Origin: Cyanobacteriota bacterium
GTDB lineage: Bacteria > Cyanobacteriota > Vampirovibrionia > Vampirovibrionales > Vampirovibrionaceae
DNA length: 64,000 bases
Reading direction: 5' to 3'
NCBI GenBank assembly: GCA_019751815.1
Contig: JAIEMW010000001.1
Coordinates: 130,197 to 194,196, forward strand
The position numbers and the translations under genes were made by a program. Shown piece after piece: positions 1-10,261 of this stretch. Numbering within the stretch: position 1 is the first letter of the stretch; every line of letters begins with the position of its first letter. Below the pieces are notes generated by a model. It was given only the letters and a program-made list of their open reading frames with translations. It was not told the origin of the DNA and did not search any database.

Positions 1-591
1 GCATTTCGACAAGTCTGTGAGTCGCTGACTGCCCTGGGTATTCCCTTTGAGCGAAACCACCGTCTGGTTCGCGGACTCGATTACTATACGCAAACCGTGT
101 TTGAGATTACGTCGAATCACCTGGGCGCACAAAATGCGGTCTGCGGTGGAGGGCGTTACAATCAACTGGTGGAAACGCTCGGTGGACCCCCAACACCTGC
201 GGTTGGGTGGGCGGTGGGTCTGGAACGACTGGCAACCCTTGTCCAAAAGCCGGCTGTTTCCCAAATAAAAGCCTATGTTGTCCATGACGATCTCCCCAGT
301 GCGATTGCATTACAGCAGAGGCTGCTTGGCGAGACCAGCCATGACGAGACCAGCCACGAAGAGTCAAGTCATGAAATTTCCTGCGAAGTCGATTTATCTG
401 GCAAAGGGTTTGGCAAACAGCTGGAGCAGGCGGCCAAGCGGGGGGCGACATTTGCGTTAATTTTGGGCGCACAAGAGCGTGAGAACAAACAGGTTCAAAT
501 CAAGAACCTCACCACAGGTGAGGTGTCTTCGTGTGATTTCGCCGCAATCAAGCCGATGCTTTTGTCGGCAAAGCCGCAGTCAGCACCTTAA
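1..591 (+). CDS. hisS: histidine--tRNA ligase, 3' portion (5' end upstream of window)
   Basis: Frame-1 translation from nt 1 reads ...LVRGLDYYTQTVFEITSNHLGAQNAVCGGGRYNQL...AVGWAVGLERL, which is class II aaRS motif 3 plus a HisRS anticodon-binding domain. Stop TAA at 589-591. Confidence 0.9.
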   Translation, partial: AFRQVCESLTALGIPFERNHRLVRGLDYYTQTVFEITSNHLGAQNAVCGGGRYNQLVETLGGPPTPAVGWAVGLERLATLVQKPAVSQIKAYVVHDDLPSAIALQQRLLGETSHDETSHEESSHEISCEVDLSGKGFGKQLEQAAKRGATFALILGAQERENKQVQIKNLTTGEVSSCDFAAIKPMLLSAKPQSAP

Positions 592-1240
592 TCAGCAGGG
601 TGTTCAACTGGGCCAAAAATTTCTGGGTATTGGCAATGCCGGCATTGCCGTTAAGCACCAAGTCGGCTTTACTGGCTGTGGGCTCCACAAATTCGCTGTG
701 CTTGGCCATGGCGCGGTCATGCATAATTCGGGCCGCTTCGCCGGATAAATTGCGAGAGGCGGCTCTGTCCCACCAGCGCTCTGAACGCACTGGCTCTGTG
801 GCTTGAACAAATACTTTGAGATTAAACAGCTTGGCCAACGGCTCTGGCCGCAAGGCATATAAGCCTTCTACCAGAATAACCGGGGTGGGAACCTTCAGCT
901 GATGCGCGTCTTTGCGGGAAGAGTCTGTGAATTCGTACTGAGGAGTTCGCACAGCTTGCCCGTTCTTGAGTTTAAACACGTGCTGAGTGGCCAGTGGCAT
1001 ATCCAGCCCGTCGGGGGTGTCAATAATAGCGTGGTCACGAAAGAAGGCTGTATCCCCCTTTTCCCGCCGGGCTTTTGCGTAATCAAAAAAATAATGGTCG
1101 AGATTTAGCGCTTGAGCAAAGGGGCCTTGCTCCCTGTTTTTCCAACCAATCAGTTTACCTACTTGTCTTATAAATAGTCGCGTCCAGTGTTCGGTCACGG
1201 TGGATTTTCCTGAAGCCGTCCCCCCAGCAACCCCAATCAT
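548..1240 (-). CDS. uridine kinase / phosphoribulokinase-family P-loop kinase
   Basis: P-loop MIGVAGGTASGKSTV followed by LNLDHYFF...VILVEGLYAL...ERWWDRAASR, the typical Udk/PRK fold. The ORF extends upstream to a TTG at 1579, but that part overlaps malQ and looks non-native. I chose the ATG at 1238-1240; the start is uncertain. Confidence 0.6.
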   Translation of the reverse strand: MIGVAGGTASGKSTVTEHWTRLFIRQVGKLIGWKNREQGPFAQALNLDHYFFDYAKARREKGDTAFFRDHAIIDTPDGLDMPLATQHVFKLKNGQAVRTPQYEFTDSSRKDAHQLKVPTPVILVEGLYALRPEPLAKLFNLKVFVQATEPVRSERWWDRAASRNLSGEAARIMHDRAMAKHSEFVEPTASKADLVLNGNAGIANTQKFLAQLNTLLIKVLTAALPTKASA

Positions 1241-1533
1241 GAACGGGAGTGGCTGATCGATGGGTGTCTGTAGGCGCTGTTTTAAAAATTGATGAACCTG
1301 CGACACTATTTTGCCAATTTTTAGCCTGAGAATAACCGGATTACACGGATTTTCTTGAGTATCTTTGGCCTGCAAAGCCTCTAGACCAGTCTCAAATTCG
1401 CGTGTTCGGGCGTCAAGCCAATCCGTTTCAATGCGAGATGAGTGTGTGCCGAATCGAAGGTGCTCTCTCTGAGCGTGTCGGCTTGTTATCGCATGAATTG
1501 CCACAGTTGATTTCCCACTCCTCTTACCATTGA

Positions 1534-3531
1534 TTAAGCTCCTGGTTGATTGTCCGGGGCTTCTAGAATCTTGGCCCAACGTTCCAAGGCCTGACTCAGG
1601 GCTTGATGTGCTTGGACAAACCCTTGGCCTTTGGCATTGAGCGCTAGTCTCAACACAGCTGGCAGGTTAATGGCCTTTCGGTCTTGAAGCTGTTTGAGGT
1701 AGAAGGCCTCAAATTGAGGCGGCAGCCGAAGGGACCAGTTTTGCTTATCCTTCGTCCCTGGTTTGTTGTAGACAGTATCCATCCCAAAGAGGTCTGCAAA
1801 GAAGATTTGGACGTTTCTGGACGGGCTGGCAAAGAGTTCGGCAATTTTTGCCCGCACCAAGGCAGTGGGATCGCTCAATAGAGAATCCCGCAAGGGGGCT
1901 GGATCTTGATCGGGAGACAGCTCTGCGGCCAGTGCACTGGCATGCGCTTGACGGGGGCCATCACTGGGCAAGGACAAAGCCCAAGCAGAGATAGGGGCAT
2001 TATCATGAGTTCCTGGCGTTATCCAGTGACGGGGTTCTACATTCTTGCCTCGGTATAAATGGTCATTTTGATTGGGATCAGCAAATTGAGTCACCCGAAT
2101 CCCTGGCAGTTGAAGGTTTGCCATCACAGCTTTGACGGGATTGGTCAGCGTCCCCAGGTCTTCACAGATCATCGCTTCTTTGGGGATGCCTTTGGCAGCG
2201 GCTCTGGCAAGAATGAGTTGCACAATCTCGCTGTAGCGAGAAACAGTTGCAGCAGACAGGGCAGACTCTTTGACACGGTGGACATGCTCAGGAGCAACCT
2301 TGTCGTCAATCTCCTGGGTGCTCACTCTGCTATATTTTGATAAAACGGGACTTTCTGGTGATGAATAGAGCCTAGCTCCACCGTCTTCAGGTCGTGCGCC
2401 TTTGCCCTCAGGGTAGACCCAAGGGTCTATCAGCCCCACGATATGGTCAATGCGGACACCACCGGGGTTTTCAGTCAGGATTTTGTCAAACAAACTCTCA
2501 AGCAAAGCTGCGGCGGGGCCCGGTTTTCCGTCTGGGGTAAATAATTGATCGGGATTGAGTACAGGGAAACCCCAAGCCTGCCCAGTTTTAGAGAAGTAAT
2601 CTGGTGGACAGCCCAATTGGTAACCCGGCAGAAATAAGTTCTGATACCCCCAGACGTCACGGTCTGAAAAGGCGACTTGACGATCAGCTAAAAGCTTAAC
2701 CCCATTGGCACTCGCCTGTTTCACAAAGGCGTCTCGTTGCTTGGCAGCTATAAACTGGGTTAGGTAATAGGTCTCTAAGCTACCAGCATGGGTTTGTTTG
2801 AGTTCAGCAATTCTGGTTTTGGCACCAAGCACTTCTGCATCAGAACTTGTATTAAACAAATTTCTATCTTGTGCTGATTTCCACTGAGGCCAGTAATCAC
2901 TGCCGTGAATCTCACTGAGCACCTCGTAGAGGGCATCTCGCTCTAGCCAAGTTTGATTGGCTTTCACAAAAGTGTCTAATTCTTTTACCAGATCTGGTAA
3001 TTGTGCTTTTTTCGCTTGAAAACGAGTGCCGACCTCTGCCAAAGCTTTTTTGGATGCCTGAAAGAAATAACCATAGGCCGTAGAAGCTGTATTTTTGCCC
3101 GGATTATTGTGAATAATTTCTTGCAGCGTTTCTTCGCTCAGCAGTTGATGCCATTGTGGGTCTCGGGCAAGCGCCACCAGGTCAATAAACAATGGGGTGC
3201 TGGAGAAAGACGTACCCATGTAAGGAGAGGGGTCATCGGGCTTGGTAATACCACTGGGCCCCAGTTGCAAACTATTAAAACCCAGGGTTTTTGAAAAATT
3301 AAGCAGTCTTTGCGCTGCGTTTCCGTAAGGTGTTCCGTAGCCCGTGTCGGCATTCTCATCGGCGGGAAAGCTGCTCCCGTGGATAATGAGCGAAAAATGG
3401 TCTTTCCCCAATAGTTGTAGCGCATCACGCATTGTTTGGCTCAGCTGCACCTGTTCATCTGCACTAAGTGCCCGGCCAAAATGGTTTCCAGCATTGGATT
3501 TAGAGGAAAATTGAGAGGGAGAGATAGGCAC
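1534..3531 (-). CDS. malQ: 4-alpha-glucanotransferase (amylomaltase, GH77)
   Basis: 665 aa. Motifs GCPPDYFSKTGQAWGFPVLNP and RIDHIVGL are characteristic of GH77 disproportionating enzyme. Confidence 0.85.
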   Translation of the reverse strand: MPISPSQFSSKSNAGNHFGRALSADEQVQLSQTMRDALQLLGKDHFSLIIHGSSFPADENADTGYGTPYGNAAQRLLNFSKTLGFNSLQLGPSGITKPDDPSPYMGTSFSSTPLFIDLVALARDPQWHQLLSEETLQEIIHNNPGKNTASTAYGYFFQASKKALAEVGTRFQAKKAQLPDLVKELDTFVKANQTWLERDALYEVLSEIHGSDYWPQWKSAQDRNLFNTSSDAEVLGAKTRIAELKQTHAGSLETYYLTQFIAAKQRDAFVKQASANGVKLLADRQVAFSDRDVWGYQNLFLPGYQLGCPPDYFSKTGQAWGFPVLNPDQLFTPDGKPGPAAALLESLFDKILTENPGGVRIDHIVGLIDPWVYPEGKGARPEDGGARLYSSPESPVLSKYSRVSTQEIDDKVAPEHVHRVKESALSAATVSRYSEIVQLILARAAAKGIPKEAMICEDLGTLTNPVKAVMANLQLPGIRVTQFADPNQNDHLYRGKNVEPRHWITPGTHDNAPISAWALSLPSDGPRQAHASALAAELSPDQDPAPLRDSLLSDPTALVRAKIAELFASPSRNVQIFFADLFGMDTVYNKPGTKDKQNWSLRLPPQFEAFYLKQLQDRKAINLPAVLRLALNAKGQGFVQAHQALSQALERWAKILEAPDNQPGA

Positions 3532-3675
3532 AGAGGGGGCTCCAAGGGGTAATCAATAGAATCTTCAGAATCTACACGCACACACACATCACAGCAGCAT
3601 ATTATCTAACAAATAATAAAATAAAGAGAGGCTTGTTATTGCCAAATTGGGTGAAAGATATGTCGCTGTGTAACG

Positions 3676-4437
3676 TTACTGGGTTTTTCCCGCTTTTTGG
3701 GCGCTTCGATAGGCCTCCAATTGTTGGGCGGCCTTATTGCCTTTCTGGTTCATCACCACGGCGGCCAAGAGTACACCAATCAGGATAGGTAGCCCGGTAA
3801 AGGTGCTTGTGAGCATCGTCCTTTCTAGATCCTGAAAATATTGATCCGCCCATTGTTTGGTGCTTTTTAGTTTTTCGGGCTCAATGTGTTTGGAGAGCAC
3901 CGTATCGGCCCATTGATGAAAGACCGCTTTTTCTGCCTGAAATCCTCGGCTATCGGTTTGATTGAGGGTTTTAATCAGGGCCAGTGTGGCGGTTCTGTCT
4001 TCTGGGGTGAGTTGGCTCATCAGGGGTTTGTAAATGTCCGCTTGGTTACTGTGTGATGCAATACCGGCATGCATGCTGGCGATATAGGCAAATAGGCTCG
4101 CCTGCTGGAAAGGCTCTTTCAGATCGCCGGGGAGTTTCTCTGTTTGGTTGAGATTTTGTTGCAGCACAGCCGCTGCTGTGGATAGTTGCTGCATTTGAGA
4201 AACAGTACCCGCATTTTTTCCACTGAGCAGGCCGTTTACTATTAAACCGCTGATCATCACACCAACAGCCCCTAGCCACCAAGTGATTGGCCCAATTCTA
4301 GGGGGCTTAAGCTCGTTACCAAACAAAACAGACTGATGACATCCAGCAAAGGGCGTTAATGTTTGAGGAGACCCTCTATGCGTATACTTTGCCTGGGTAA
4401 ATGTCGCTGATTTCTCAGTTCGAGTCAGTCTGGTCAT
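3676..4437 (-). CDS. hypothetical membrane protein (two predicted TM helices)
   Basis: ORF with a strong SD (AAGGGGGA) before an internal ATG at 4435-4437. The longer form from 4548 would overlap the mutL 3' end. Hydrophobic segments WWLGAVGVMISGLIVNGLL and LPILIGVLLAAVVM. Confidence 0.5.
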   Translation of the reverse strand: MTRLTRTEKSATFTQAKYTHRGSPQTLTPFAGCHQSVLFGNELKPPRIGPITWWLGAVGVMISGLIVNGLLSGKNAGTVSQMQQLSTAAAVLQQNLNQTEKLPGDLKEPFQQASLFAYIASMHAGIASHSNQADIYKPLMSQLTPEDRTATLALIKTLNQTDSRGFQAEKAVFHQWADTVLSKHIEPEKLKSTKQWADQYFQDLERTMLTSTFTGLPILIGVLLAAVVMNQKGNKAAQQLEAYRSAQKAGKTQ

Positions 4438-4477
4438 TATTTCCCCCTTTAGTGTGAATCCCTTTAGCGTTTTTCTT

Positions 4478-6361
4478 TTATGCGTTGACCGGTAGGCTTT
4501 GTCGGTCAAAAAAGCGTTGTATTTCTCCAGAATCAATCGTGTGGGCAATGGGCCGGCCGTGAGGGCAGGTCCATGGCAGGGTGCATTTTAGCCAGTTTTG
4601 AATTACCAAGGTCATTTGTTCATGTTTTAGTACATCGCCGGCGCGAACGGCACGGTGACAGGCCAGTGTGGCAATTAAATGATCCAGATTTAATTTCATG
4701 AGGCCTGTTTCTTGAGGCTGCCCCAACAGGGAGATAAACAAATCTTCGGGATTCCCGCGGTCTACACCCGCTTCATTCAAAACCAGGACAGGCACACTCA
4801 GTAAGGATAAAAGCGCTGGAGAGCCCGTCTGCTCAGTCAGTGAATAGGTGAAGCCAAGGCGGGAAAAAATATCCCGGGATTCTTCCAACAGGGCAGCTTG
4901 CGAGGCAGAAATCCCAATGGGGTCGCTGAAAAGCTTTTTCTGAATGGTCTCGGGTGGCTGATTGAGTTGTTCAGAAAAGCGCTCAAACCAGACGCGTTCA
5001 CTGGCGATGTGCTGATCGACAACCAAAAGACCTTGAGGGGTTTCCACCAAGATATAGGTGTTAAATAATTGTCCAATCACTCGGACAGGCTGCGGGTTGT
5101 ATTCAGACGAGGATATAGGCATGTCTAGAGGTGTTTTTGAATGAGAGCCAGAGCTATTTAAGGCTGTCAGCGGCTTTTGCAGTGCCATGGTAGAGGCGGT
5201 ATCGACGGAAAATAGGGGCATTCTGTTCTTTTGCCCTTGCGCGCTTTGAGAATAAGACAGAACGGGCGGGCTCATGAACGAAGGTGATGAGGAAGATTGC
5301 GGCGAGGCAGCAGGAGAGGGCTGTCTGGCATAGAGGTCTTGTCCTTGTTCAGTCAGAGTTTGCACAACGCCATGGCGAACAAAGCTAAACACTTCATTGG
5401 GTTTGGCGTAACGCACCTCTCTTTTGGTGGGATGTACGTTAACATCCACCGCATCCCCTGGAATGGAAAGCAGAAGAATCGAAACAGGATATCTGCCGTA
5501 AGGCATCAATGACTCAAAACCCGCTTCCACCGCTTTTTGGAAAGTGGCACATTTCACCAGCCGTTGATTCACGTAGTGGATCATCCACCGCTTAGAACTC
5601 TTGGTCACATCTGGGGCGGAAATAACCCCCTCAATACGGCGGTTTGAAATCGGGTCATCAAACGCGACAGGATAGAGAACAATGCCTTCTTTACTAAATT
5701 GAAAGACTTCTTCAACAGCCTGCAGACGGTTACCACTGCCCGAGGTTTTGAGAACAGGCTTGCCGTTTAGGGTGAGAATTAGCTGAACGTCGGGATGGCT
5801 GATAGCAATGGCTTCGACCAGTTCTTGGATATGAGCCATTTCGGTTTGCGGGCGTTTTAAAAATTTGAGCCGGGCCGGGGTGTTAAAAAAGAGATCGTTC
5901 ACCTCCATAATGGTTCCAGGGGCGCATCCTGCTGGTTCAGTAATCGGCTCATGCTCTTCGTTAAAGAGAACGCGTGTCCCTGTCTCACTAGAAATATCAA
6001 CACGACGGGTGAGGCAGACCATTCGAGACACGGCACTGATACTGGCCAGAGCCTCTCCTCGAAATCCCAGAGTCTGCAAGCAGTCTAAATCTTCAATCTG
6101 GTTAATTTTGCTGGTCGCATGGTTGTAAAAAGCCAATTTGGCATCTTCGGGGCTCATGCCCTTGCCATTGTCCGCCACGCGGATGGCACGTCCACCGTCA
6201 CCAATGCTGATATCAATCTTGCTGGCTCCTGCGTCTAAGGCATTTTCCAGCAGCTCTTTTACCACTGAGGCAGGACGTTCGACCACCTCACCAGCCGCAA
6301 TTCGGTTGATTAAATGGGCGGGCAATAGATGGATAGAAGTGTCTTGAGACAAAGCAGACAT
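4478..6361 (-). CDS. mutL: DNA mismatch repair protein MutL
   Basis: N-terminal GHKL ATPase motifs IHLLPAHLINRIAAGEVVERPASVVKELLENALDAGASKIDI; 627 aa. Confidence 0.93.
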   Translation of the reverse strand: MSALSQDTSIHLLPAHLINRIAAGEVVERPASVVKELLENALDAGASKIDISIGDGGRAIRVADNGKGMSPEDAKLAFYNHATSKINQIEDLDCLQTLGFRGEALASISAVSRMVCLTRRVDISSETGTRVLFNEEHEPITEPAGCAPGTIMEVNDLFFNTPARLKFLKRPQTEMAHIQELVEAIAISHPDVQLILTLNGKPVLKTSGSGNRLQAVEEVFQFSKEGIVLYPVAFDDPISNRRIEGVISAPDVTKSSKRWMIHYVNQRLVKCATFQKAVEAGFESLMPYGRYPVSILLLSIPGDAVDVNVHPTKREVRYAKPNEVFSFVRHGVVQTLTEQGQDLYARQPSPAASPQSSSSPSFMSPPVLSYSQSAQGQKNRMPLFSVDTASTMALQKPLTALNSSGSHSKTPLDMPISSSEYNPQPVRVIGQLFNTYILVETPQGLLVVDQHIASERVWFERFSEQLNQPPETIQKKLFSDPIGISASQAALLEESRDIFSRLGFTYSLTEQTGSPALLSLLSVPVLVLNEAGVDRGNPEDLFISLLGQPQETGLMKLNLDHLIATLACHRAVRAGDVLKHEQMTLVIQNWLKCTLPWTCPHGRPIAHTIDSGEIQRFFDRQSLPVNA

Positions 6362-6430
6362 AATTGGACCCCAACGGTATTTCTCTGATCACCAGAGTAA
6401 CAATAACAGTAACAGGGCCTCCCCTAGGTG

Positions 6431-6456
6431 AACAGTGTTTGTAAACAGTGTTTGTA
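6431..6456. repeat. perfect tandem direct repeat AACAGTGTTTGTA x2 in the mutL upstream region
   Basis: Seen directly; about 70-95 nt upstream of the mutL ATG. Confidence 0.8.
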
Positions 6457-6483
6457 CAAAGAAGCGTTAAAGCAAATGTTCTT

Positions 6484-7068
6484 CTATTCGACTGGCTTTA
6501 AATTGGGTCGTGTCAAAGGCTTTTGTACTTCGGTAGGGGCTTGGGTGGCAGCTTTGGCAGTATTGCGATCAAAAATACGTTGATAGTGTGTTTTTTTGGG
6601 CCGTTTCCTAAACCAGAACTTAAGGGTATTGCTAAACCATCCTTTGGTTCTACCAGTCACCATGGCATCACTGACGAGTAGACCCACAACACAAAGCACA
6701 GCAGGAAAAGGCTTTAAAAGACCAATCAGAACAAATAGGCAGAGGGTGAAACTGCCTACGCTGGCGACAATGAGAGAAAACTCAGAACGGTTACACGGGA
6801 AAAACAGAGTAGCAAGGGCGTTTTCGGGTGTGTTTTCAGACGTCAAATAGTCCATCTCTTCTGGATCTGGTTCTTGATCTGGCTCTCGATCAGCACCGGC
6901 AGCTTCGGATAAAACACTCGCTGAATCTTGCTTTAAGACCATTAACCCCGGGGAATTTTCCGGTATGCTAGGGCTATCTTCTGTCCTAACTTTGGGAGTT
7001 TGAACGGGCAGTGTGACCACGTTTTCCATGGGGGTTTCGGCCTGATTGTCTGGGGTGTTAGAACTCAC
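6484..7068 (-). CDS. hypothetical membrane protein (acidic N-terminus, two TM helices)
   Basis: 194-aa ORF 16 nt downstream of the J-domain gene on the same strand. Hydrophobic stretches FSLIVASVGSFTLCLFVLIGLL and AVLCVVGLLV. Confidence 0.45.
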   Translation of the reverse strand: MSSNTPDNQAETPMENVVTLPVQTPKVRTEDSPSIPENSPGLMVLKQDSASVLSEAAGADREPDQEPDPEEMDYLTSENTPENALATLFFPCNRSEFSLIVASVGSFTLCLFVLIGLLKPFPAVLCVVGLLVSDAMVTGRTKGWFSNTLKFWFRKRPKKTHYQRIFDRNTAKAATQAPTEVQKPLTRPNLKPVE

Positions 7069-7084
7069 AATCCGTGTCCTTTAC

Positions 7085-8029
7085 TTAGTCCACTGAATGG
7101 GACAGTGCTTTTAAACGCTCGTAAAGTTCTTTCTCTTGTTGGCTGAGTGTTTTTGGGATGGCTGCTTGCAATGTCAGGAGAAGGTCTCCAGGACTACCGT
7201 CATTATTAGCCGGCAGGCCTTGCCCTTTTAGCCGGATGGTTTTTCCGCTTTGAGAACCGGCTGGAAGGGTAACCTCGAACCGCCCTGACAGGGTTTGGAT
7301 ACTGACAGTCCCGCCAAGAGCCATATCGGCCACAGGGATGTCCATGGTTGCTTTGAGATTGAGACCGTCTACCTGAAATTTGGGGTGAGCCTGGAACTGT
7401 ACCCGCAAAAATAAGTCTGACCCACCAGGGCCTTCACCCCGAAGACGAATTTTGGCACCATCTTTCACCCCTTTGGGGACTTTGACATTGACTGAACGGC
7501 CAGACTGCTGGAGATGAATGGATTTTTCAACGCCCTTAGCCACATCTTCCAGGGTTAAGGGCAAAATCTGCTCAGGTGCAGTTGCCTGCTGTCTGCTTGC
7601 TTGCTGGCTATTTCCTTGCTGCCTTGCCTGTGTCCCTCTGGGAGGGTAACCTGCCTGCTGAGCGCCAAAGCCTTGGCCAAACATGATGTCAAAAAAATCA
7701 GAAAACCCGCCCATGCCAGATCCTCCAGAAAACATGGCGCCCAGATCCTGCATGTTCACACCTTGTGAAAACCCATCAAACCCTGGAGGAGGCTTGAAAT
7801 CACCGCCGTGTCGCCAGTCAGCCCCAAGGCTGTCGTAGCGTTTACGCTTGTCCTTGTCTGAAAGGACTTCGTAGGCTTCATTAATGTCTTTGAATTTTTC
7901 AGTATGAGCTGGATTCACATCAGGATGATATTGCCGGGCGAGTTTGCGAAAGGCAGACTTAATTTCTTTCTCGCTGGCAGTGCGAGAAACGCCCAGAATT
8001 TGATAATAATCCTTGTATTGAATGCTCAT
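7085..8029 (-). CDS. DnaJ-domain co-chaperone (CbpA-like: J domain plus C-terminal substrate-binding domains, no zinc finger)
   Basis: J domain [32 protein letters not shown] with HPD tripeptide. Gly/Gln-rich linker, then DnaJ C-terminal beta domains. 314 aa. Confidence 0.85.
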   Translation of the reverse strand: MSIQYKDYYQILGVSRTASEKEIKSAFRKLARQYHPDVNPAHTEKFKDINEAYEVLSDKDKRKRYDSLGADWRHGGDFKPPPGFDGFSQGVNMQDLGAMFSGGSGMGGFSDFFDIMFGQGFGAQQAGYPPRGTQARQQGNSQQASRQQATAPEQILPLTLEDVAKGVEKSIHLQQSGRSVNVKVPKGVKDGAKIRLRGEGPGGSDLFLRVQFQAHPKFQVDGLNLKATMDIPVADMALGGTVSIQTLSGRFEVTLPAGSQSGKTIRLKGQGLPANNDGSPGDLLLTLQAAIPKTLSQQEKELYERLKALSHSVD

Positions 8030-8237
8030 AGCCGGTCTCTTTCGGGTGCTTTTCTCTATTATATATAGCGAGAAATGGGAGAATGTCGATTTTTAAGCAA
8101 TTTGTAATGGTATTGAGGAAGATTTCTGGATATCCCCATTTGTTGGTAACGATTGCTCTTGCTAGAATGCTACGACGTATTTTGCTTCTAAAGGTGTTTT
8201 TATATTGAAGATATTTTCACGGAAGGGTGTGTGCTGA

Positions 8238-9029
8238 ATGGCCTTTCGTTTGAATCGATTTAGCCCTGTTAGCCCTATTAGCTATGTTAGGCGAACTGCT
8301 TTGCTCATTGGCCTGCTTCTGTTTAGCCTGCCTGCTTTTGCAGAGTCTAATACTGAATCTAAACAGGAGTCGCTTTGGCAAAAAATCAAACACAGCGGCT
8401 TTCAATCTGAACAACCTTCTGAAACAACCCCTGCAACAGGGACACCTCAATCCAATAACCCCAACCCCAATACCACCAATAATCAAGTGAGGCCTGCTCT
8501 TTCTCCAGCGGAAGAATTCCGTCAGACCTACCTTCATAAAGTGGCGGTGATGCAGACCCAGCGGGGTGAAATCGCCTTTAAACTGTTTCCTGATGAGGCC
8601 CCCAAAACAGTCGAAAACTTTGTCTCTCTGGTGAAAAAGGGTTTTTACGATGTCCCTTCGATGAAATTTCACCGCGTTGTTCCTGGTTTTGTGGTACAGA
8701 CTGGCGATCCCACAGGGACGGGCTACGGTGGGTCTGGATCACCGATTCAGCTAGAGGCTAAGAACACACTGAGTCACGATAAAATAGGAATCGTGGCTAT
8801 GGCCCGAGGCCCTGCCCCCAATTCGGCGACCAGTCAGTTTTATATCACCCTGAAACCACAGATTAAACTGGACGGGAAGTATGCAATTTTTGGCAAAGTC
8901 ATTAAAGGCCTGAATGTTTTGGATTTGATTCAGCAAGACGACCGGGTTTACGGGATTCAATTTGTGGATGAAGCACAGATACAACCGGACCAGCCCGTAA
9001 AGAAGAAATCTCGTCTGCATATGTTTTAG
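8238..9029 (+). CDS. cyclophilin-type peptidyl-prolyl cis-trans isomerase, secreted
   Basis: Signal peptide LLIGLLLFSLPAFA, a low-complexity linker, then the cyclophilin core GEIAFKLFPDEAPKTVENFVSLVKKGFYD...FHRVVPGFVVQTGDPTGTGYGG. Confidence 0.88.
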   Translation: MAFRLNRFSPVSPISYVRRTALLIGLLLFSLPAFAESNTESKQESLWQKIKHSGFQSEQPSETTPATGTPQSNNPNPNTTNNQVRPALSPAEEFRQTYLHKVAVMQTQRGEIAFKLFPDEAPKTVENFVSLVKKGFYDVPSMKFHRVVPGFVVQTGDPTGTGYGGSGSPIQLEAKNTLSHDKIGIVAMARGPAPNSATSQFYITLKPQIKLDGKYAIFGKVIKGLNVLDLIQQDDRVYGIQFVDEAQIQPDQPVKKKSRLHMF

Positions 9030-9063
9030 TGCACTCGTTGTCTGTCATTTCCTCTTATAATGG

Positions 9064-10239
9064 ATGATGTATGCAAGAAACGGGCAAAATGACTCTGTGA
9101 AACTGGGTATTCAACAAAAAAATAGACGATTTTTGGCTTTGCCTCTGCAAGTAGGGACTCTGGTCGCCTCTGGGCTAATACTGAGTGCGCTTACCCTCAA
9201 TACACTCAGCTTGTCAGGTTGTAAAACAGCTGAAAAACATCAATGGGTCGGCGATGATGAACCGATTGTGATGCCGTCAAGAACACCACCCGCTGTCGAT
9301 TCCCAACAGTATTCTACTGAAAATAACGGCAACCCGATGGACGGGGATTCGACAGCATCCTCCTCCTCTCAGGCCGAGGTTGAGACGGAGAGTAAATCGG
9401 CTATTCGCTTGGATAATCCAGAATTTAAGTCATCAATACCGGTAAAACCCAAAGTAACACCACCGATGTTGCCAAACACGCCACCCACAGGGTTGCTCCA
9501 AAATCCTGCCATGAGAGCACCCACGGTGATTGCCCCCCCGAGAGCAAACAACTTGTACGGAGTAATGCCCACCTTGCCGGTCAAACCCAAACGAGTTGAT
9601 TCGGGAGTGTCGCCCTTACGCCTGCAGCCCATCCTTCAGCCCAGTAAGCCGCAGGCCGCACCTCAGATGGCGCCTGTCAATGTACAGCAAAATTCCACGT
9701 TTCGAACCACTCCGCCCAATGCCAGCGGGATCAATTATGCCCGCGAGCGTGCTGCCAATACACCCAGACCCATGACAGTTCAGCCGGGAAACACAGGCTC
9801 TCCCCAGAGTCAGCCATTACCTCAATCTCAAGCTGTGCCGGCGTCTAACTCTCAACAGGTTCAAAATGCATCGCGTCCAATCAACCTCTCACCCAAAACG
9901 GGTCCTTCCAATTTAGACCCACCGCCCAGACGTCCTGCGCTTTCTTCTCCCCATCCCTTGCCCAATGCCATTCCACATTCAGCCATGCCCCGTCCTATTG
10001 CCCCCAATGGGTCAGCGGCTGCCCCCGTGAGTCAGCCTGTTGCTGAAAAGGCGGAGACGACATCGGGTAAGCCTGCCAAAACATCTCCTTTTTCTGCATT
10101 GCGCTCGATGACATCCAAAGCAGTGGATAAAACCAAGCAATTGGGCCAGAAATTTCACAAAAATGGCAATGCGGCGGATCCCAGTGCAAACAACACGGGG
10201 CGTGCCCGGATCGATCTCCCCGAAGATTCTTCCCGCTGA
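9064..10239 (+). CDS. proline-rich putative lipoprotein, function unknown
   Basis: Lipobox LSLSGC after a hydrophobic signal peptide; the remaining ~330 aa are Pro/Gln/Ser-rich low complexity. Confidence 0.5.
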   Translation: MMYARNGQNDSVKLGIQQKNRRFLALPLQVGTLVASGLILSALTLNTLSLSGCKTAEKHQWVGDDEPIVMPSRTPPAVDSQQYSTENNGNPMDGDSTASSSSQAEVETESKSAIRLDNPEFKSSIPVKPKVTPPMLPNTPPTGLLQNPAMRAPTVIAPPRANNLYGVMPTLPVKPKRVDSGVSPLRLQPILQPSKPQAAPQMAPVNVQQNSTFRTTPPNASGINYARERAANTPRPMTVQPGNTGSPQSQPLPQSQAVPASNSQQVQNASRPINLSPKTGPSNLDPPPRRPALSSPHPLPNAIPHSAMPRPIAPNGSAAAPVSQPVAEKAETTSGKPAKTSPFSALRSMTSKAVDKTKQLGQKFHKNGNAADPSANNTGRARIDLPEDSSR

Positions 10240-10261
10240 CGCTCAGCATGAATATGATTTT

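Noticed and set aside
8217-8672. 151-aa antisense ORF overlapping the cyclophilin gene
   Set aside because: It lies entirely within a well-supported gene on the opposite strand, has Arg/Cys-rich low-complexity translation, and has no SD. This is typical spurious antisense ORF behaviour, as also seen for 51581-52132, 54066-54512, 41755-42225 and 29287-29805.
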